64,000 nucleotides of DNA from Gemmatimonadota bacterium (GCA_039591655.1 JBDHDE010000002.1:32001-96000); one strand, 5' to 3'; positions 48,071 through 58,450 are shown, counted from the first letter of the stretch. Notes: generated by a model not told the origin, from the letters alone. Program-made: numbers and translations.

Positions 48071-49191
48071 CGGCCCAGAACCCTGGCATAGAGAGCCTCG
48101 TACCTGGGAACGACCTCGGTTGCGGCAAGCCCTCGAGCCCGCTCCACGGCCGCCGCCCGAGCAGCGGCCCACCGCTCACGCTCCAGCAGTTCCAGAGCCG
48201 CCTGCGCCATGGCATCCACATCACCCACGGGGACCAACGCCCCGGTCACACCGTGCTCCACGACCTCCGGCAGCCCGCCAACGGCGCTGGCGACCACCGG
48301 GACCCCGCACGCCATGGCCTCGAGCGCGCTGAGCCCGAAAGACTCGGAGGAGCTGGGGAGCATAAAGAGGTCCGCCGCGCGCAAGAGATCGGCCACGGCA
48401 TCCACTTTGCCGAGGAACCGCACGTAGGGAGTCACGCCCAGGCGCTCGGCCTCCACCGCGGTGGCCTGACGCTCGGGGCCATCACCGACCAACACCAGCA
48501 CCGCCGGCACCTGCTCTCTCACCTTCGCGAAGGTGCGCACGACATCGGGGACGCGCTTGAGCTCCCGAAAGTTCGAGACGTGCATGAGCACCTTGGTATC
48601 GGCCGGCGCGAGCGCGGTGCGGCACTTCACTTCATCCGAGGGGAAGTACTCGGTCAGGTTCACGAAGTTGGGAATCACGTCGATGTGACAGGCAACGCAC
48701 CCGAACGCGGCATACGTCTCGGCGCGTAGGAATTCGGAAACGGCCGTCACGGCGTCCGACCGCTCGATGGAGAACTTGGTGACCGTGAAGAACGAGCGCT
48801 CGCGACCGACCAGCGTGATGTCGGTGCCGTGGAGCGTCGTGACGACCTTCAGCTCCCGCTGCTCACGCACCATCTCGCGCGCGAGGAATGCCGCCGTGGC
48901 GTGGGGCACCGCATAGTGCACGTGCAGGATGTCCAGCTCCTCGCGCAGCGCGACCTCTTCCTGCGTCACCGCCAGGGCCAGGGAGTAGGGAAAGTACTCC
49001 AGCAGCGGGTAGGTGCCGCTGAGATCCACCTCGTGGAAGTACACGTTCTCGGCGAAGCCCCGCAGGCGGAAGGGGGAGGCGTAAGAGATGAAGTGGATCT
49101 CATGCCCCCGGCGCGCCAGGTCCAGGCCGAGCTCGGTCGCGACGGCGCCCGAGCCTCCGTAGGTCGGATAACAGGTGATCCCTATGCGCAT
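48067..49191 (-). CDS. bshA: N-acetyl-alpha-D-glucosaminyl L-malate synthase
   Basis: MRIGITCYPTYGGSG, HVHYAVPH, TTLHGTD, HVSNFR..KR, ESFGLSALEA. Confidence 0.9.
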   Translation of the reverse strand: MRIGITCYPTYGGSGAVATELGLDLARRGHEIHFISYASPFRLRGFAENVYFHEVDLSGTYPLLEYFPYSLALAVTQEEVALREELDILHVHYAVPHATAAFLAREMVREQRELKVVTTLHGTDITLVGRERSFFTVTKFSIERSDAVTAVSEFLRAETYAAFGCVACHIDVIPNFVNLTEYFPSDEVKCRTALAPADTKVLMHVSNFRELKRVPDVVRTFAKVREQVPAVLVLVGDGPERQATAVEAERLGVTPYVRFLGKVDAVADLLRAADLFMLPSSSESFGLSALEAMACGVPVVASAVGGLPEVVEHGVTGALVPVGDVDAMAQAALELLERERWAAARAAAVERARGLAATEVVPRYEALYARVLGR

Positions 49192-50114
49192 CAGTCGACT
49201 TGCTCTCCCCATAGTTGCGCGATGCGATCCGCCAGCGCGTCGGCCGGCTGCGTGGCATCGAGCGTCGTGACTTCATGCCCTACGAGCTGGTGCCGGAACC
49301 AAGTTTCTTGCCGCTTGGCGTAGCGCCGCGTCGCCACCATGACTGCCTCGGCCAGCCCCTCGTCCGCCAACTCCCCCTGGAGATGCCGCACGACTTCGCG
49401 ATACCCTACCGCGTCGAGGCCGGGGGCGTCCGGCGCCACCCCCCGATCCAGCACTGTCTGCACCTCCTTCACCCACCCCGCGCCCAGCATCACATGAACC
49501 CGCTCCTCGATGCGGCGGCGCAGGATCGCCCTGGGAACAGTGAGGCGCACGTACCAGGGCCGCATCGCTCCCTCCGCCTTGGCCTTGCGCTGCCACCATG
49601 TGAGCGGTCGGCCCGTGAGCAGGGCAACCTCCACCGCCCGGGCGGCTCGCTGCCGTCCACCACCAGTGTACCCCGGATCGAGTCGCGCCGCCCACCGGCC
49701 CAGGCCTTCGGCCTGGCGCGCCCAGCGACGCAACCGGTCGCGCCGGTCGATGCCCAGCGGCGGCTCATGAAACAGTCCGTCGGCCAGAGCGCGAACATAG
49801 AACCCCGTGCCGCCCACGACCACCGGCTGGCGTCTGCTGTCGAGATCGCTCAGCCAAGCTGCGGCGTCTGCCGCGAATCGTCCGGCACTGTAGCGCTCGC
49901 CGGGCTCTACCAGATCGATCCCGAGATGAGGCACGCGGCTGCGCTCCGCCGCCGTCGGCTTCGCGGTGCCGATGTCGAGCCCTTTGTACACCTGACGGGA
50001 GTCGGCCGAGATTGCCACCAGCGGCCAATGCTGGGCGAGGGCCAGCACCACCGCCGTCTTCCCCACGGCCGTGGGGCCGACGACAACCGGCACCAGCGGC
50101 CTAGGTTCGGCCAA
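49191..50114 (-). CDS. miaA: tRNA dimethylallyltransferase
   Basis: GPTAVGKT, DSRQVY.GLDIGTAK, VGGTGFY and YAKRQETW motifs. Confidence 0.95.
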   Translation of the reverse strand: MAEPRPLVPVVVGPTAVGKTAVVLALAQHWPLVAISADSRQVYKGLDIGTAKPTAAERSRVPHLGIDLVEPGERYSAGRFAADAAAWLSDLDSRRQPVVVGGTGFYVRALADGLFHEPPLGIDRRDRLRRWARQAEGLGRWAARLDPGYTGGGRQRAARAVEVALLTGRPLTWWQRKAKAEGAMRPWYVRLTVPRAILRRRIEERVHVMLGAGWVKEVQTVLDRGVAPDAPGLDAVGYREVVRHLQGELADEGLAEAVMVATRRYAKRQETWFRHQLVGHEVTTLDATQPADALADRIAQLWGEQVD

Positions 50115-51807
50115 AGCGGCGTCCCACCTCGGTCCTCGAGAGTATCACCATCGCCGGACGCCCGTGCACGTCGTGGGGCGGGAGCTCGCAGGCAAGCAGG
50201 CGCTGGATGAGCTCCTGCATCTCGACCGGGTCCAGGACCTGGCCGGCCTTGACCGCCGCGCGGCATCCATAGGTCGCCGCAAACCGCTCCAGCCGATTGC
50301 TCAGACCTCCCAACCGCCCCTGGGCGAGGTCGCCCACGAGCTCCTCGAAGCAGCGCCCGGCATCGAAGCGGGGGTGGGGGTTGGGCACGGCGTGCAGCAC
50401 GACCGACCGACCCCCGAATGGCTCCACCTCGTAGCCCAGGCTGGTGAAGAGATCCCGGTGGGCGTCCACCGCCTCGAGCTCCTGCGGCGCCAGATCCACC
50501 GTCAGAGGAAGCAAGAGCCGTTGCGCCACGGCCGCACCAGCGGCGAGCTGTGCCATGGCCTGCTCGTAGAGTACCCGCTCGTGCGCCGAGTGCTGGTCCA
50601 CTACAGCCAGTCCTTCAGGGGTCTCGAACACAATGTAGGTGTTGAAGACCTGGAGGAGTGGACGCGACTCCGGCGGCGCGAACAGCGGCTCCGCCACCCC
50701 CAGCAGCGACTGCACCTCGCCCTCGACGTGCTCACGGGCCGCCTCGGCCCGCACCGTCGCCTCGCGCACCGCGGGGGCCCCAGGCGTCACATGCCTACTG
50801 CCGGCCACGGCCGCGGCCGCCACCGGCCGGAGGGCCGCCCGGACTCCCTCCTCGACCACGCGCTCCACGAACACCTTGTCGCGGAAACGCACCTCCAGTT
50901 TCGCCGGGTGGACGTTGACGTCCACGCGATCCCCGGGCACGTGGAGCGCGAGGAACAGTGAGGGCCGAACCCCCTGAGGGATCGTCGCGCGGTATCCAGC
51001 TTCAGCCGCGCGCACGATGAAGGGGTTACGAAAGGGACGGCCGTTGACGAAGAGGTAGGCGCGGCGTCCGCTGCGGCGGGCAGCGGCCGGTCGTTGTACC
51101 AGGCCCCGCACCGTGGCGTAGCCGTCGTTGTGCTCCACGGGCACGAGCTGCTCGGCCAGCTCGCGCCCGAACAGCGCTGCGATCCGATCCGCCACGCTCG
51201 CTACGCGGGGCGCTTCCGTCACGCGACGGCCATCACTGGTCAGGACGAACGAGACGTCCAGCCGCGCGAGGGCGAGCACGGCCAACGCCTCGACGGCCGC
51301 ACGGGTCTCGCTGCGGGCCGAGCGCAAGAACTTGCGCCGGGCCGGCGTCTTGGCGAAGAGCCTCCGCACGACGACCGTGGTCCCCCGGGTGCGTGCCACG
51401 TCCTCCACGGACTCGAGCCGTCCGCCCCGTACGGCAATCCGCACCCCCGTCCCGCCTTCGGCCGCCGCCGTCTCGAGCTCGAACACCGAGACGGCGGCAA
51501 TGGCCGCCAGCGCCTCGCCGCGGAACCCGTAGGTCGGCACACCGATCAGCTCCGTGGCTGAGCGGATCTTCGAGGTGGCGTGGCGATCGATTGCGAGCAC
51601 GGCGTCATCCCGGTCCATCCCGGCGCCGTCGTCGCCCACCCGGATGAGCGACTTGCCGCCGTCTTCCAGCTCCACGGTGACGTTGTGCGCCCCGGCGTCC
51701 AAGGCGTTCTCCACCAGCTCCTTGACGACCGACGCGGGACGTTCGACGACCTCGCCGGCGGCGATCTGATCGATCACCACCGTGGGAAGGATTGCGATGC
51801 GGCCCAC
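50101..51807 (-). CDS. mutL: DNA mismatch repair endonuclease MutL
   Basis: IAAGEVVERP, ENALDAG, GFRGEAL, DVNVHPAK, DQHSAHERVLYE. Confidence 0.96.
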   Translation of the reverse strand: MGRIAILPTVVIDQIAAGEVVERPASVVKELVENALDAGAHNVTVELEDGGKSLIRVGDDGAGMDRDDAVLAIDRHATSKIRSATELIGVPTYGFRGEALAAIAAVSVFELETAAAEGGTGVRIAVRGGRLESVEDVARTRGTTVVVRRLFAKTPARRKFLRSARSETRAAVEALAVLALARLDVSFVLTSDGRRVTEAPRVASVADRIAALFGRELAEQLVPVEHNDGYATVRGLVQRPAAARRSGRRAYLFVNGRPFRNPFIVRAAEAGYRATIPQGVRPSLFLALHVPGDRVDVNVHPAKLEVRFRDKVFVERVVEEGVRAALRPVAAAAVAGSRHVTPGAPAVREATVRAEAAREHVEGEVQSLLGVAEPLFAPPESRPLLQVFNTYIVFETPEGLAVVDQHSAHERVLYEQAMAQLAAGAAVAQRLLLPLTVDLAPQELEAVDAHRDLFTSLGYEVEPFGGRSVVLHAVPNPHPRFDAGRCFEELVGDLAQGRLGGLSNRLERFAATYGCRAAVKAGQVLDPVEMQELIQRLLACELPPHDVHGRPAMVILSRTEVGRRFGRT

Positions 51808-54152
51808 TAGAGGGGCACCACCTCAGTGCGGAGCAGCCACCCCTGCACGACCCCGTCGCTCACCAGCACCCACGCTCCGTGCTCCCTCTGGATCAGCACC
51901 CCGGTGCCGGCGCCGAGCTCCCGCTCCGACGGCGCCGGGCCGTAGGGAGCCGCACGCAACGCAGTGCCATCCAGCATGACGAGGGCCACCGGCCTCGCGT
52001 AGCGAGAGGCGAAGGCGGCGCCGTAGCCAGCCACCAGCGCCGCCAGCACGAGCACCGGGACGGCACGGCGCACCGGTGTCCGAAGGGCGAGCAGCACCCA
52101 GCCCAGCACCCACAACCCCGCGGCCGCGGCCAGGGCCTCGCCCGGCGTCACGGGCGCTACGAAGGTGAGCCCGCCCGGCGGGGCATCCGGCGGGGCGCCC
52201 GTCTGGAGAGCCCGCCTGACCGTCTCGTCACGCGGAGTCAGCCGAGCTGCGCGGAGCCAGGCCGCTCTGGCGCGCACGTCTTCGCCGAGGCGGTCCAGAG
52301 CCGCACCGAGATTGTACCAGTGAGCCGCTGCGTAAGGGGTCGCGCGGGCCCGGGTGGCGAAACTATCGGCCGCGGGGCGCACTGCCCCAGCGTCGTACAG
52401 TCGCGCGGGCGACTGCCCATCGGCCGGCCCGGCCGAAACGAGCACCGCCAGCGCGAGGGCCAAGGCCGCCAGTGCAGTGCGCACCTTGCCCGTTCCTCCT
52501 CGCAGCGCCCGCAGCACCTCCTGCACCTCCGCGGTGAGCTCCTCGGGATCGGTGGAGCCTTCCGGGCCGTAGAGCGCCTGGCGCAGGCGGTCGCGCACCC
52601 GGGCTGCGTGTGTCGCCAGAGAGTCCTCGACTCCGGCAGCGCGCAGCGCGTCGGCCAAGCCGTCGCTCACCCGAAGCCGGGTCTGTGGCACGAAGCCCTC
52701 GAGAATGTCGCGAAACTCCAACTCCAGCGTCCGCAGGGTGAGCGTCTCGACCAAGCGGGGCGCCCGTCGCGGGCGCCGCAGCCGGCGAAGCCACCGCGTG
52801 CGAGTGCGCAGCGCGACGGCAGCCAGCGGCGGCGCGACCCCTATCACGATCCACACCCACAGGGACACACGCGTCAGCCACGCGTCGAGCGACAAACCTC
52901 CGGGCGTGAGCAGCGGCCGGACCGTCTGCACCGGCGTGATGCCGGCCAGTCCGCTGGGTGTCACGAACTCGAGTGCAGGCGCGCGAAGCTGGACGTAGCG
53001 ATCGGTGTCGATATCGAAGTAGGCGTAGCTGGTCGCCGGCACGCGATGGGTGCCGGCGGAGTCGGCCACCACGAGGTAGTCGAACACCTTCGACCCCCCC
53101 ACCAGACCGTACTCGGCGGCGATGCTCACCGTCACTTCCTGGGGATATGCCCTCAGTCCGACCGGCCAGTCGAATTCCGGCTCGGGCCAGAGCGCCACGT
53201 TTCCCTGCCCCGTGAGCACGGCCCGGACCTGCGCCGCATCCCCCAGGCGCAGCTCGCCCGGGGGCGCATCCACCTGGAACAGGAGCCCGCCGCCCGCGGC
53301 GCCCGCATAGCCGCGCACGCCGCGCGGGCGAGGCAGGGCCGCCACCCGCACGGCCCGCGGCTCGCTCTGCACCTCGTGGCGCAGCTCCCGGCTGAGGAAC
53401 GAGGAGGAGACGGGTACGCTATACGACACAGTAGCGCTGCCGATCTCCATCACACCGGCGGTCAGAGGGAAGACGACCCTGTGGAGCGCGAACAGGTCGT
53501 ACCACACGCCGCGCACCCGCCGACTGGTGACGATCCCCAAGGGGGCCGGTCGATCGTAGGTCCAGGCGCCGCGGATCAGGGGTGGTTCCAGTGTGGGCGG
53601 GTTCCTCAGCCGGGCGCGGATGTCCCGGGGAAACCAGGCAACTACCACGACGTCCACCTGCTGGCCCAGCACCACCGAATCGGGGCTGGTGACGACGGCT
53701 AGGCTCACCTCGTCGGGCACCACGTCCGGAGCCGGCGCTGCTTCGACCATCCGTTCAATGCGCGGATCCAAGGCCGTGGGTGCGGCGGTCGTGGGCGCCG
53801 ATACAGTGATCCGGATGGGAGCTGTCTCGGCCGTCTCCTCACCCTGCCGCACCCGCACTCGCCCGATGGTGCCGATGCCAGGCCGCAGGGCCCTCAGGGT
53901 CAGACGCCGCGTTGTGATCCGGGCCGGCACCGGGCCCTCCACGCTCACGCGGGTCTGATCCCGGGCGCTCAGCAGCTCGAGGCCGAACAGGTCGGGGTCG
54001 CCGATCTCCACGGGAGCGCTCCCGCCTGGCGCCTCCACGGTGATGGTGAGCACCAGCTCCTCACCGACCTGGACCTCCTGCCGGTCCACCTCGGCGATCA
54101 CCGCCAGCTGCTGCTGCAGCATGACGGCCGCGAGCAGGAGGATGGTCACCAT
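51807..54152 (-). CDS. BatD-like protein fused to a BatE-like TPR and SH3b region
   Basis: Signal peptide, BatD Ig-like repeats, TM helix, WYNLG TPR, C-terminal SH3b-like segment (LRAAP..W..V..GW). Confidence 0.8.
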   Translation of the reverse strand: MVTILLLAAVMLQQQLAVIAEVDRQEVQVGEELVLTITVEAPGGSAPVEIGDPDLFGLELLSARDQTRVSVEGPVPARITTRRLTLRALRPGIGTIGRVRVRQGEETAETAPIRITVSAPTTAAPTALDPRIERMVEAAPAPDVVPDEVSLAVVTSPDSVVLGQQVDVVVVAWFPRDIRARLRNPPTLEPPLIRGAWTYDRPAPLGIVTSRRVRGVWYDLFALHRVVFPLTAGVMEIGSATVSYSVPVSSSFLSRELRHEVQSEPRAVRVAALPRPRGVRGYAGAAGGGLLFQVDAPPGELRLGDAAQVRAVLTGQGNVALWPEPEFDWPVGLRAYPQEVTVSIAAEYGLVGGSKVFDYLVVADSAGTHRVPATSYAYFDIDTDRYVQLRAPALEFVTPSGLAGITPVQTVRPLLTPGGLSLDAWLTRVSLWVWIVIGVAPPLAAVALRTRTRWLRRLRRPRRAPRLVETLTLRTLELEFRDILEGFVPQTRLRVSDGLADALRAAGVEDSLATHAARVRDRLRQALYGPEGSTDPEELTAEVQEVLRALRGGTGKVRTALAALALALAVLVSAGPADGQSPARLYDAGAVRPAADSFATRARATPYAAAHWYNLGAALDRLGEDVRARAAWLRAARLTPRDETVRRALQTGAPPDAPPGGLTFVAPVTPGEALAAAAGLWVLGWVLLALRTPVRRAVPVLVLAALVAGYGAAFASRYARPVALVMLDGTALRAAPYGPAPSERELGAGTGVLIQREHGAWVLVSDGVVQGWLLRTEVVPL

Positions 54153-55768
54153 TCCTTGCGCCCCCTGGTCTCCCGCTCCCGGGCCTGGCGCTGCAGCTGC
54201 CGGGCGCGGGTGCGGCGCTCTTCCTCGGCCATGGAGTTGAGGATCTGCTGTGCCTGGGCCGGCGAGAGTCCTTCGGGCGGTGGCTCGCTGGGCGGCGGCT
54301 CGCCACCCTCGCCGCCTCCGGAGGGAGGTGGCCCCGCAGCGTCCTGGGCCGGCATCCGACGGATTGTCAGCTCGAGGTTCCACTTGGCCGCATCGTGCCC
54401 CGGCTCCAGCAGCAGTGCCTCCCGATAGTGGCCTGCGGCCGCAGCGAGATGCTGGGCCGCGCGGCCCGAGTCCCGCTCGGCCTGACGTAGTCTCAGCAGA
54501 CCGAGGTTGTACAGCGCGCGGAACCGGAGCTCCGGCTCCATAGAGGTGGCCGCGCGCTCCAGGGCGTGCTGGGCCAGGGTCGTGTCGTCCAGGGTCAAGG
54601 CCGCCGTCCCCAGGTTGAACCAGGCGGTGTCACCCCCTTCGCCGTCCTGCACTTGGGCCATGTATTGCTCCGCCGCCTCACGGAAAGCCCCCCGGGCCCA
54701 CGCTCGATCCCCCTCGTTGGCCGTACCCTGGGCCTGAGCGTCGCGCCCCGGCCACAAGAGCAGCAGCAACGACACGAGAGCCAGCGAACGGCGGGTGAAG
54801 GTGTGGAGTAAGAGCAACACCGTCCCGGCGAGCAGTGGAATCCAGGCGCGGGAGATGTCCTCGGCCGCCGTCGAGGTAGCCTGCGGCGAGCGCTTGTACG
54901 CCGCCACCAGCTCGCGCACGGCCCCCGCCTGGTCGCCCAGCTGCGCTGCCACCAGCACTCCCTGAGCGGCATCGGCCACGGCCGTGAGTATATCGTCCCG
55001 CCTGCCCGTGGCCACAACTTCGCCCATGGGGTCGCGCTGGTAGCCGATCAGGGTTCCATCGACATCCCGCACCGGGATCGGCACCGGCTCGACCCCTCCC
55101 TCGGACACGACCACGAGCCGCACGCGCTCGCGGCGCAGCCGCTCGGCGGCGCTCACGATGGCCGCCAGCGAATCGTGGGCCTCGCCGTCGGTGAACACCA
55201 CCAGGACCCGATCCGCCACGGGATCGCCGGCGAACAGGAGCTCCCTCCCCTGCGACAGCATCGCATTGAACTCTGTCCCGCCCGCGCTCGTGAGGTCGGG
55301 ATCCAGCGCGTCGATCAGCAGGTGCAGCGCGCCCCCATCCACGGTGAGCGGCGACAGCACGAAGCTCTGCCCCGCAAACGCGATGAGGCCCACCCGGTCG
55401 CCCCCCAGGTCGTGCACCAGCCGTCGTGCCTGCCGCTTGGCCCGCTCCAGGCGGGACGGGGCCACATCCTCCGCTAGCATCGAGCGGGAGATGTCCACCG
55501 CGATTACGAGATTGAGTCCCTTGGTCTCGGCCGTGACGACCCGACTGCCCCACCGCGGGCCGGCCAGGGCCCCTGCCGCTGCCACCGCCACGAGCCCCAG
55601 GACGAGCGGGCTCAGGCGCCCCATCCGGGCGGCCCGGGTAGCGAACGCCGCCGACCAGCGCCGGGCCCTACCCACCCGGACGGCCCTGCCCCACCAGGCG
55701 AGGGCCGCCCCCAGTGCCCCTATCGCCGGGGCCAGCCAGATGAGCAGCGGCTGGTCGAAGCTCATCAC
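54146..55768 (-). CDS. vWA plus TPR protein (BatB-BatC fusion)
   Basis: DISRSM MIDAS, TDGE; C-terminal FNLG/YNLG TPRs and AKWNLEL, then a Pro-rich tail. Confidence 0.85.
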   Translation of the reverse strand: MMSFDQPLLIWLAPAIGALGAALAWWGRAVRVGRARRWSAAFATRAARMGRLSPLVLGLVAVAAAGALAGPRWGSRVVTAETKGLNLVIAVDISRSMLAEDVAPSRLERAKRQARRLVHDLGGDRVGLIAFAGQSFVLSPLTVDGGALHLLIDALDPDLTSAGGTEFNAMLSQGRELLFAGDPVADRVLVVFTDGEAHDSLAAIVSAAERLRRERVRLVVVSEGGVEPVPIPVRDVDGTLIGYQRDPMGEVVATGRRDDILTAVADAAQGVLVAAQLGDQAGAVRELVAAYKRSPQATSTAAEDISRAWIPLLAGTVLLLLHTFTRRSLALVSLLLLLWPGRDAQAQGTANEGDRAWARGAFREAAEQYMAQVQDGEGGDTAWFNLGTAALTLDDTTLAQHALERAATSMEPELRFRALYNLGLLRLRQAERDSGRAAQHLAAAAGHYREALLLEPGHDAAKWNLELTIRRMPAQDAAGPPPSGGGEGGEPPPSEPPPEGLSPAQAQQILNSMAEEERRTRARQLQRQARERETRGRKEW

Positions 55769-56745
55769 GGCACCCGCACGACAACCGTGGCCGCCAGCAC
55801 CAGTTCCAGCGCTAACGCCCCGATCCCCACGAAGAGGGGCAGGTGGAAGGCCTCGTTGTACTGCGTGTAGCGCGTCACCACGACGGGGGTCTTCTCCAGG
55901 CGATCGATCTGCTGGAAGATGCGGTTGAGCGCCTCCGGGTCGGTGGCGCGAAAGTACCGCCCACCGGTGATCCGGGCGATGTCCTCGAGCAGCTCCTCGT
56001 CGATCCGCACGGGCAGCGTCTGATACCGCAGCTGTCCCTGGGTCCCCCGCCCGATAGGCATGGGTGCCTCACCCTCGGTCCCGACCCCCACGGTGTATAT
56101 CCGGATCCCGAACTGCGCCGCGGCCTCGGCCGCGGTGCGGGGATCCAGCATGCCCCTGGTGTTCTCCCCGTCGGTCAGCAGCACCGCGACTTTGCTCGCG
56201 CCCGGCGCCCGACGCAGGCGGTTGGCCGCTGTCCCGATGGCGGTACCGATGGCCGTGCCGTCCTCGAGCTCTCCCACCCGAAGGCCCCGCACCGCCTGCT
56301 CCAGCACCGTGTAGTCCACTGTGATTGGCACGCGGGTGAGCGCCTCGCCGGCGAAGGCCACCAGGCCGATGCGATCGAACTCGCGTCCCGAAACGAACGC
56401 CACGGACTGCTCCTTGGCCACGTCGAGACGGTTCGACGGCGCGAAGTCTTCGGCAAGCATGCTGCTGGACACGTCCACCGCCAGTACGATGGCGATTCCC
56501 TCGCTGGTGGTGTCCGTGGAGGAGATCCCGTACTCGGGCCCTGCTGCCGCCACGATCCAGGCAGCCAGCGCCAGGGTCCGGAGTGCCGCGGGGACCCCCG
56601 CGAGCCAGCGTCGCCTGGTGCGCGCCGCTCGGAGCTGCCGGGCGTCACTGTAGGACGCCACCGGGGGCGGGCGGCGGTGGCGGCGCCACCACCACAGCGG
56701 GAGCGCCAGGAGCAGCAGCAGGACTAGGGGGCGCGCGAAGATCAT
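55765..56745 (-). CDS. batA: vWA domain protein BatA
   Basis: DVSSSM MIDAS, GTAIG, LTDGEN and GGRYFRA motifs. Confidence 0.85.
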   Translation of the reverse strand: MIFARPLVLLLLLALPLWWWRRHRRPPPVASYSDARQLRAARTRRRWLAGVPAALRTLALAAWIVAAAGPEYGISSTDTTSEGIAIVLAVDVSSSMLAEDFAPSNRLDVAKEQSVAFVSGREFDRIGLVAFAGEALTRVPITVDYTVLEQAVRGLRVGELEDGTAIGTAIGTAANRLRRAPGASKVAVLLTDGENTRGMLDPRTAAEAAAQFGIRIYTVGVGTEGEAPMPIGRGTQGQLRYQTLPVRIDEELLEDIARITGGRYFRATDPEALNRIFQQIDRLEKTPVVVTRYTQYNEAFHLPLFVGIGALALELVLAATVVVRVP

Positions 56746-57557
56746 GACTCCAGCCGCTCTGCCAACCGCTCCGCCTGTTCCACCAGCTCCACGACGTCGC
56801 TCGGCACAGCCGGGGAGAATCGGGCCCGCTCCAGGGCCCGCAGCAACTCGCTGAGGTCTCTCAAGGGCCAGTCCACCTCGGCGGCCCGCAGCACCTCGAG
56901 GCACTCCTCGGTGTCCAGGTGGCGCCCGGCCTGGGGAACAAGCTCCGCGATGAGGCCCCGCATGGCGTCAGCGGTCACCGCTGCCACCGCCCGGGGCTCG
57001 CCGGCCGACATCCAGCGGTCCACCGGGGCAGGCGGACGCGCCACTGCAGCCGGATCATCCGGCGCGACCGGGCCGGGCCGGCGCCTGGCCGCGCCCCATG
57101 CCACCGTACCCAGGAGCACGGCGCACGTCATGACGATGAGCGGCAGCGGCGTCCTCGCGGCCCTGGTCACGGGCGCCAGGGCCGGCAGCGCCGGCGGCAC
57201 GTGGTCGTCGGCCGGAAGCACGCTGGCCACGGTGATCCACGCGGTGTCCCCGAGCACCGTCTCCACTCGCCCGTCGGGATACAGCAGCTCCGCGCTGGGC
57301 ATTGGGATCGCGTGCTCGCCGGGCTGGAACAGCGCCACGGTATAGAGGATCGTCAACGCGCCCTCGGCATAGGCCGCCCGAGGGGGGCTGAGCGGCTCCA
57401 GCAGGGGTGAGGCATCCAGCGTCTGGAGCCTCGCCTGCACGTCCGGCGGGGCGGAGAGACGCCGCACCAACCGCACCGTATCCCCCACGGTAGCGGCACC
57501 GGGCGCCGCCGACCACACTGGCGCCTGCAGCGCGATCAGGAGCAGCAGATATGTCAC
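56742..57557 (-). CDS. Hypothetical membrane-anchored Bat-operon protein
   Basis: Coupled on both sides; signal peptide, Ig-like region, one TM helix; usual slot between DUF58 and batA. Confidence 0.75.
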   Translation of the reverse strand: MTYLLLLIALQAPVWSAAPGAATVGDTVRLVRRLSAPPDVQARLQTLDASPLLEPLSPPRAAYAEGALTILYTVALFQPGEHAIPMPSAELLYPDGRVETVLGDTAWITVASVLPADDHVPPALPALAPVTRAARTPLPLIVMTCAVLLGTVAWGAARRRPGPVAPDDPAAVARPPAPVDRWMSAGEPRAVAAVTADAMRGLIAELVPQAGRHLDTEECLEVLRAAEVDWPLRDLSELLRALERARFSPAVPSDVVELVEQAERLAERLES

Positions 57558-58450
57558 CGGCGGAGCCGTCGGGCGCGCTCGGCGAACGCGCGGTGCAGCG
57601 CCTCGGCGTAGGGCTGGTCGGTGAGCAGCGCGATGTGGTCCACCTGCACCTGCTTGAGGGCCCGGGCCCGGTCGAGTCGCGCCTTCTCCGCGGCCATGGC
57701 CAAGGCCAGACGAGTGGGCCCGTGGGAGGTGTCCACCAGCACCTGCTCCCCCGACTCCGCGTCCTGTAGCTCGATCCAGCCGGCCTCGGGGAGCGCGAAC
57801 TCCCGCGGATCGTCCACCGTGATGGCCACGACCTCATGGCGCCGGGAGAGGCGGCCCAGGGGCTCCTCCCAACCCGGTGCGCGGAAGTCCGACAGGACCA
57901 CGACGATGGAGCCATGGCGCAGCAGCCGCGATGCATAGGCCAGAGCCGCCGCGATGTTGGTGTGCGGGTCCTGCGGTCGAAAGGCGAGGAGATCCCGGAT
58001 GATACGGAGGGCGTGCAGCCGTCCCTTTCGTGGCGGGACCACGTGGTCGATGCCGCCGGAGAAGATGAGCGCTCCAACTCGGTCCTTCTGGCGCGCCGCC
58101 GCCAAGGCGAGCACCGCGGCGACCTCCACCCCCAACTCGGCCTTGGCCACCGGGGAGCCGAACTCCTCGGACCCCGAGCGATCGACGATGAGAAGCACGG
58201 TGAGCTCGCGCTCCTCCATGAAGACCTTCACATAGGGTGAGCCGATGCGGGCAGACACGTTCCAGTCGATCGACCGGTAGTCGTCACCCTGCTGGTAGGC
58301 CCGCACCTCGGCGAACTCCATGCCGTGGCCGCGGAAGACCGAGCGATATTCTCCGGAGAAGAGCGTGTTGACGAGCCGGCGCGTGCGCAGCTCGATCGTT
58401 TTCACCTGCCGCAGTACGTCGGCCCCGACGACGCGGGACGGGTGGGTCAC
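57554..58450 (-). CDS. DUF58 family protein
   Basis: GMEFAEVRAYQQGDD.R.IDWNVSAR, EERE and LSDF motifs. Confidence 0.92.
   Translation of the reverse strand: MTHPSRVVGADVLRQVKTIELRTRRLVNTLFSGEYRSVFRGHGMEFAEVRAYQQGDDYRSIDWNVSARIGSPYVKVFMEERELTVLLIVDRSGSEEFGSPVAKAELGVEVAAVLALAAARQKDRVGALIFSGGIDHVVPPRKGRLHALRIIRDLLAFRPQDPHTNIAAALAYASRLLRHGSIVVVLSDFRAPGWEEPLGRLSRRHEVVAITVDDPREFALPEAGWIELQDAESGEQVLVDTSHGPTRLALAMAAEKARLDRARALKQVQVDHIALLTDQPYAEALHRAFAERARRLRR

Noticed and set aside
51792..53702. 636-aa plus-strand ORF opposite the BatD-like gene
   Set aside because: Antisense shadow with low-complexity composition
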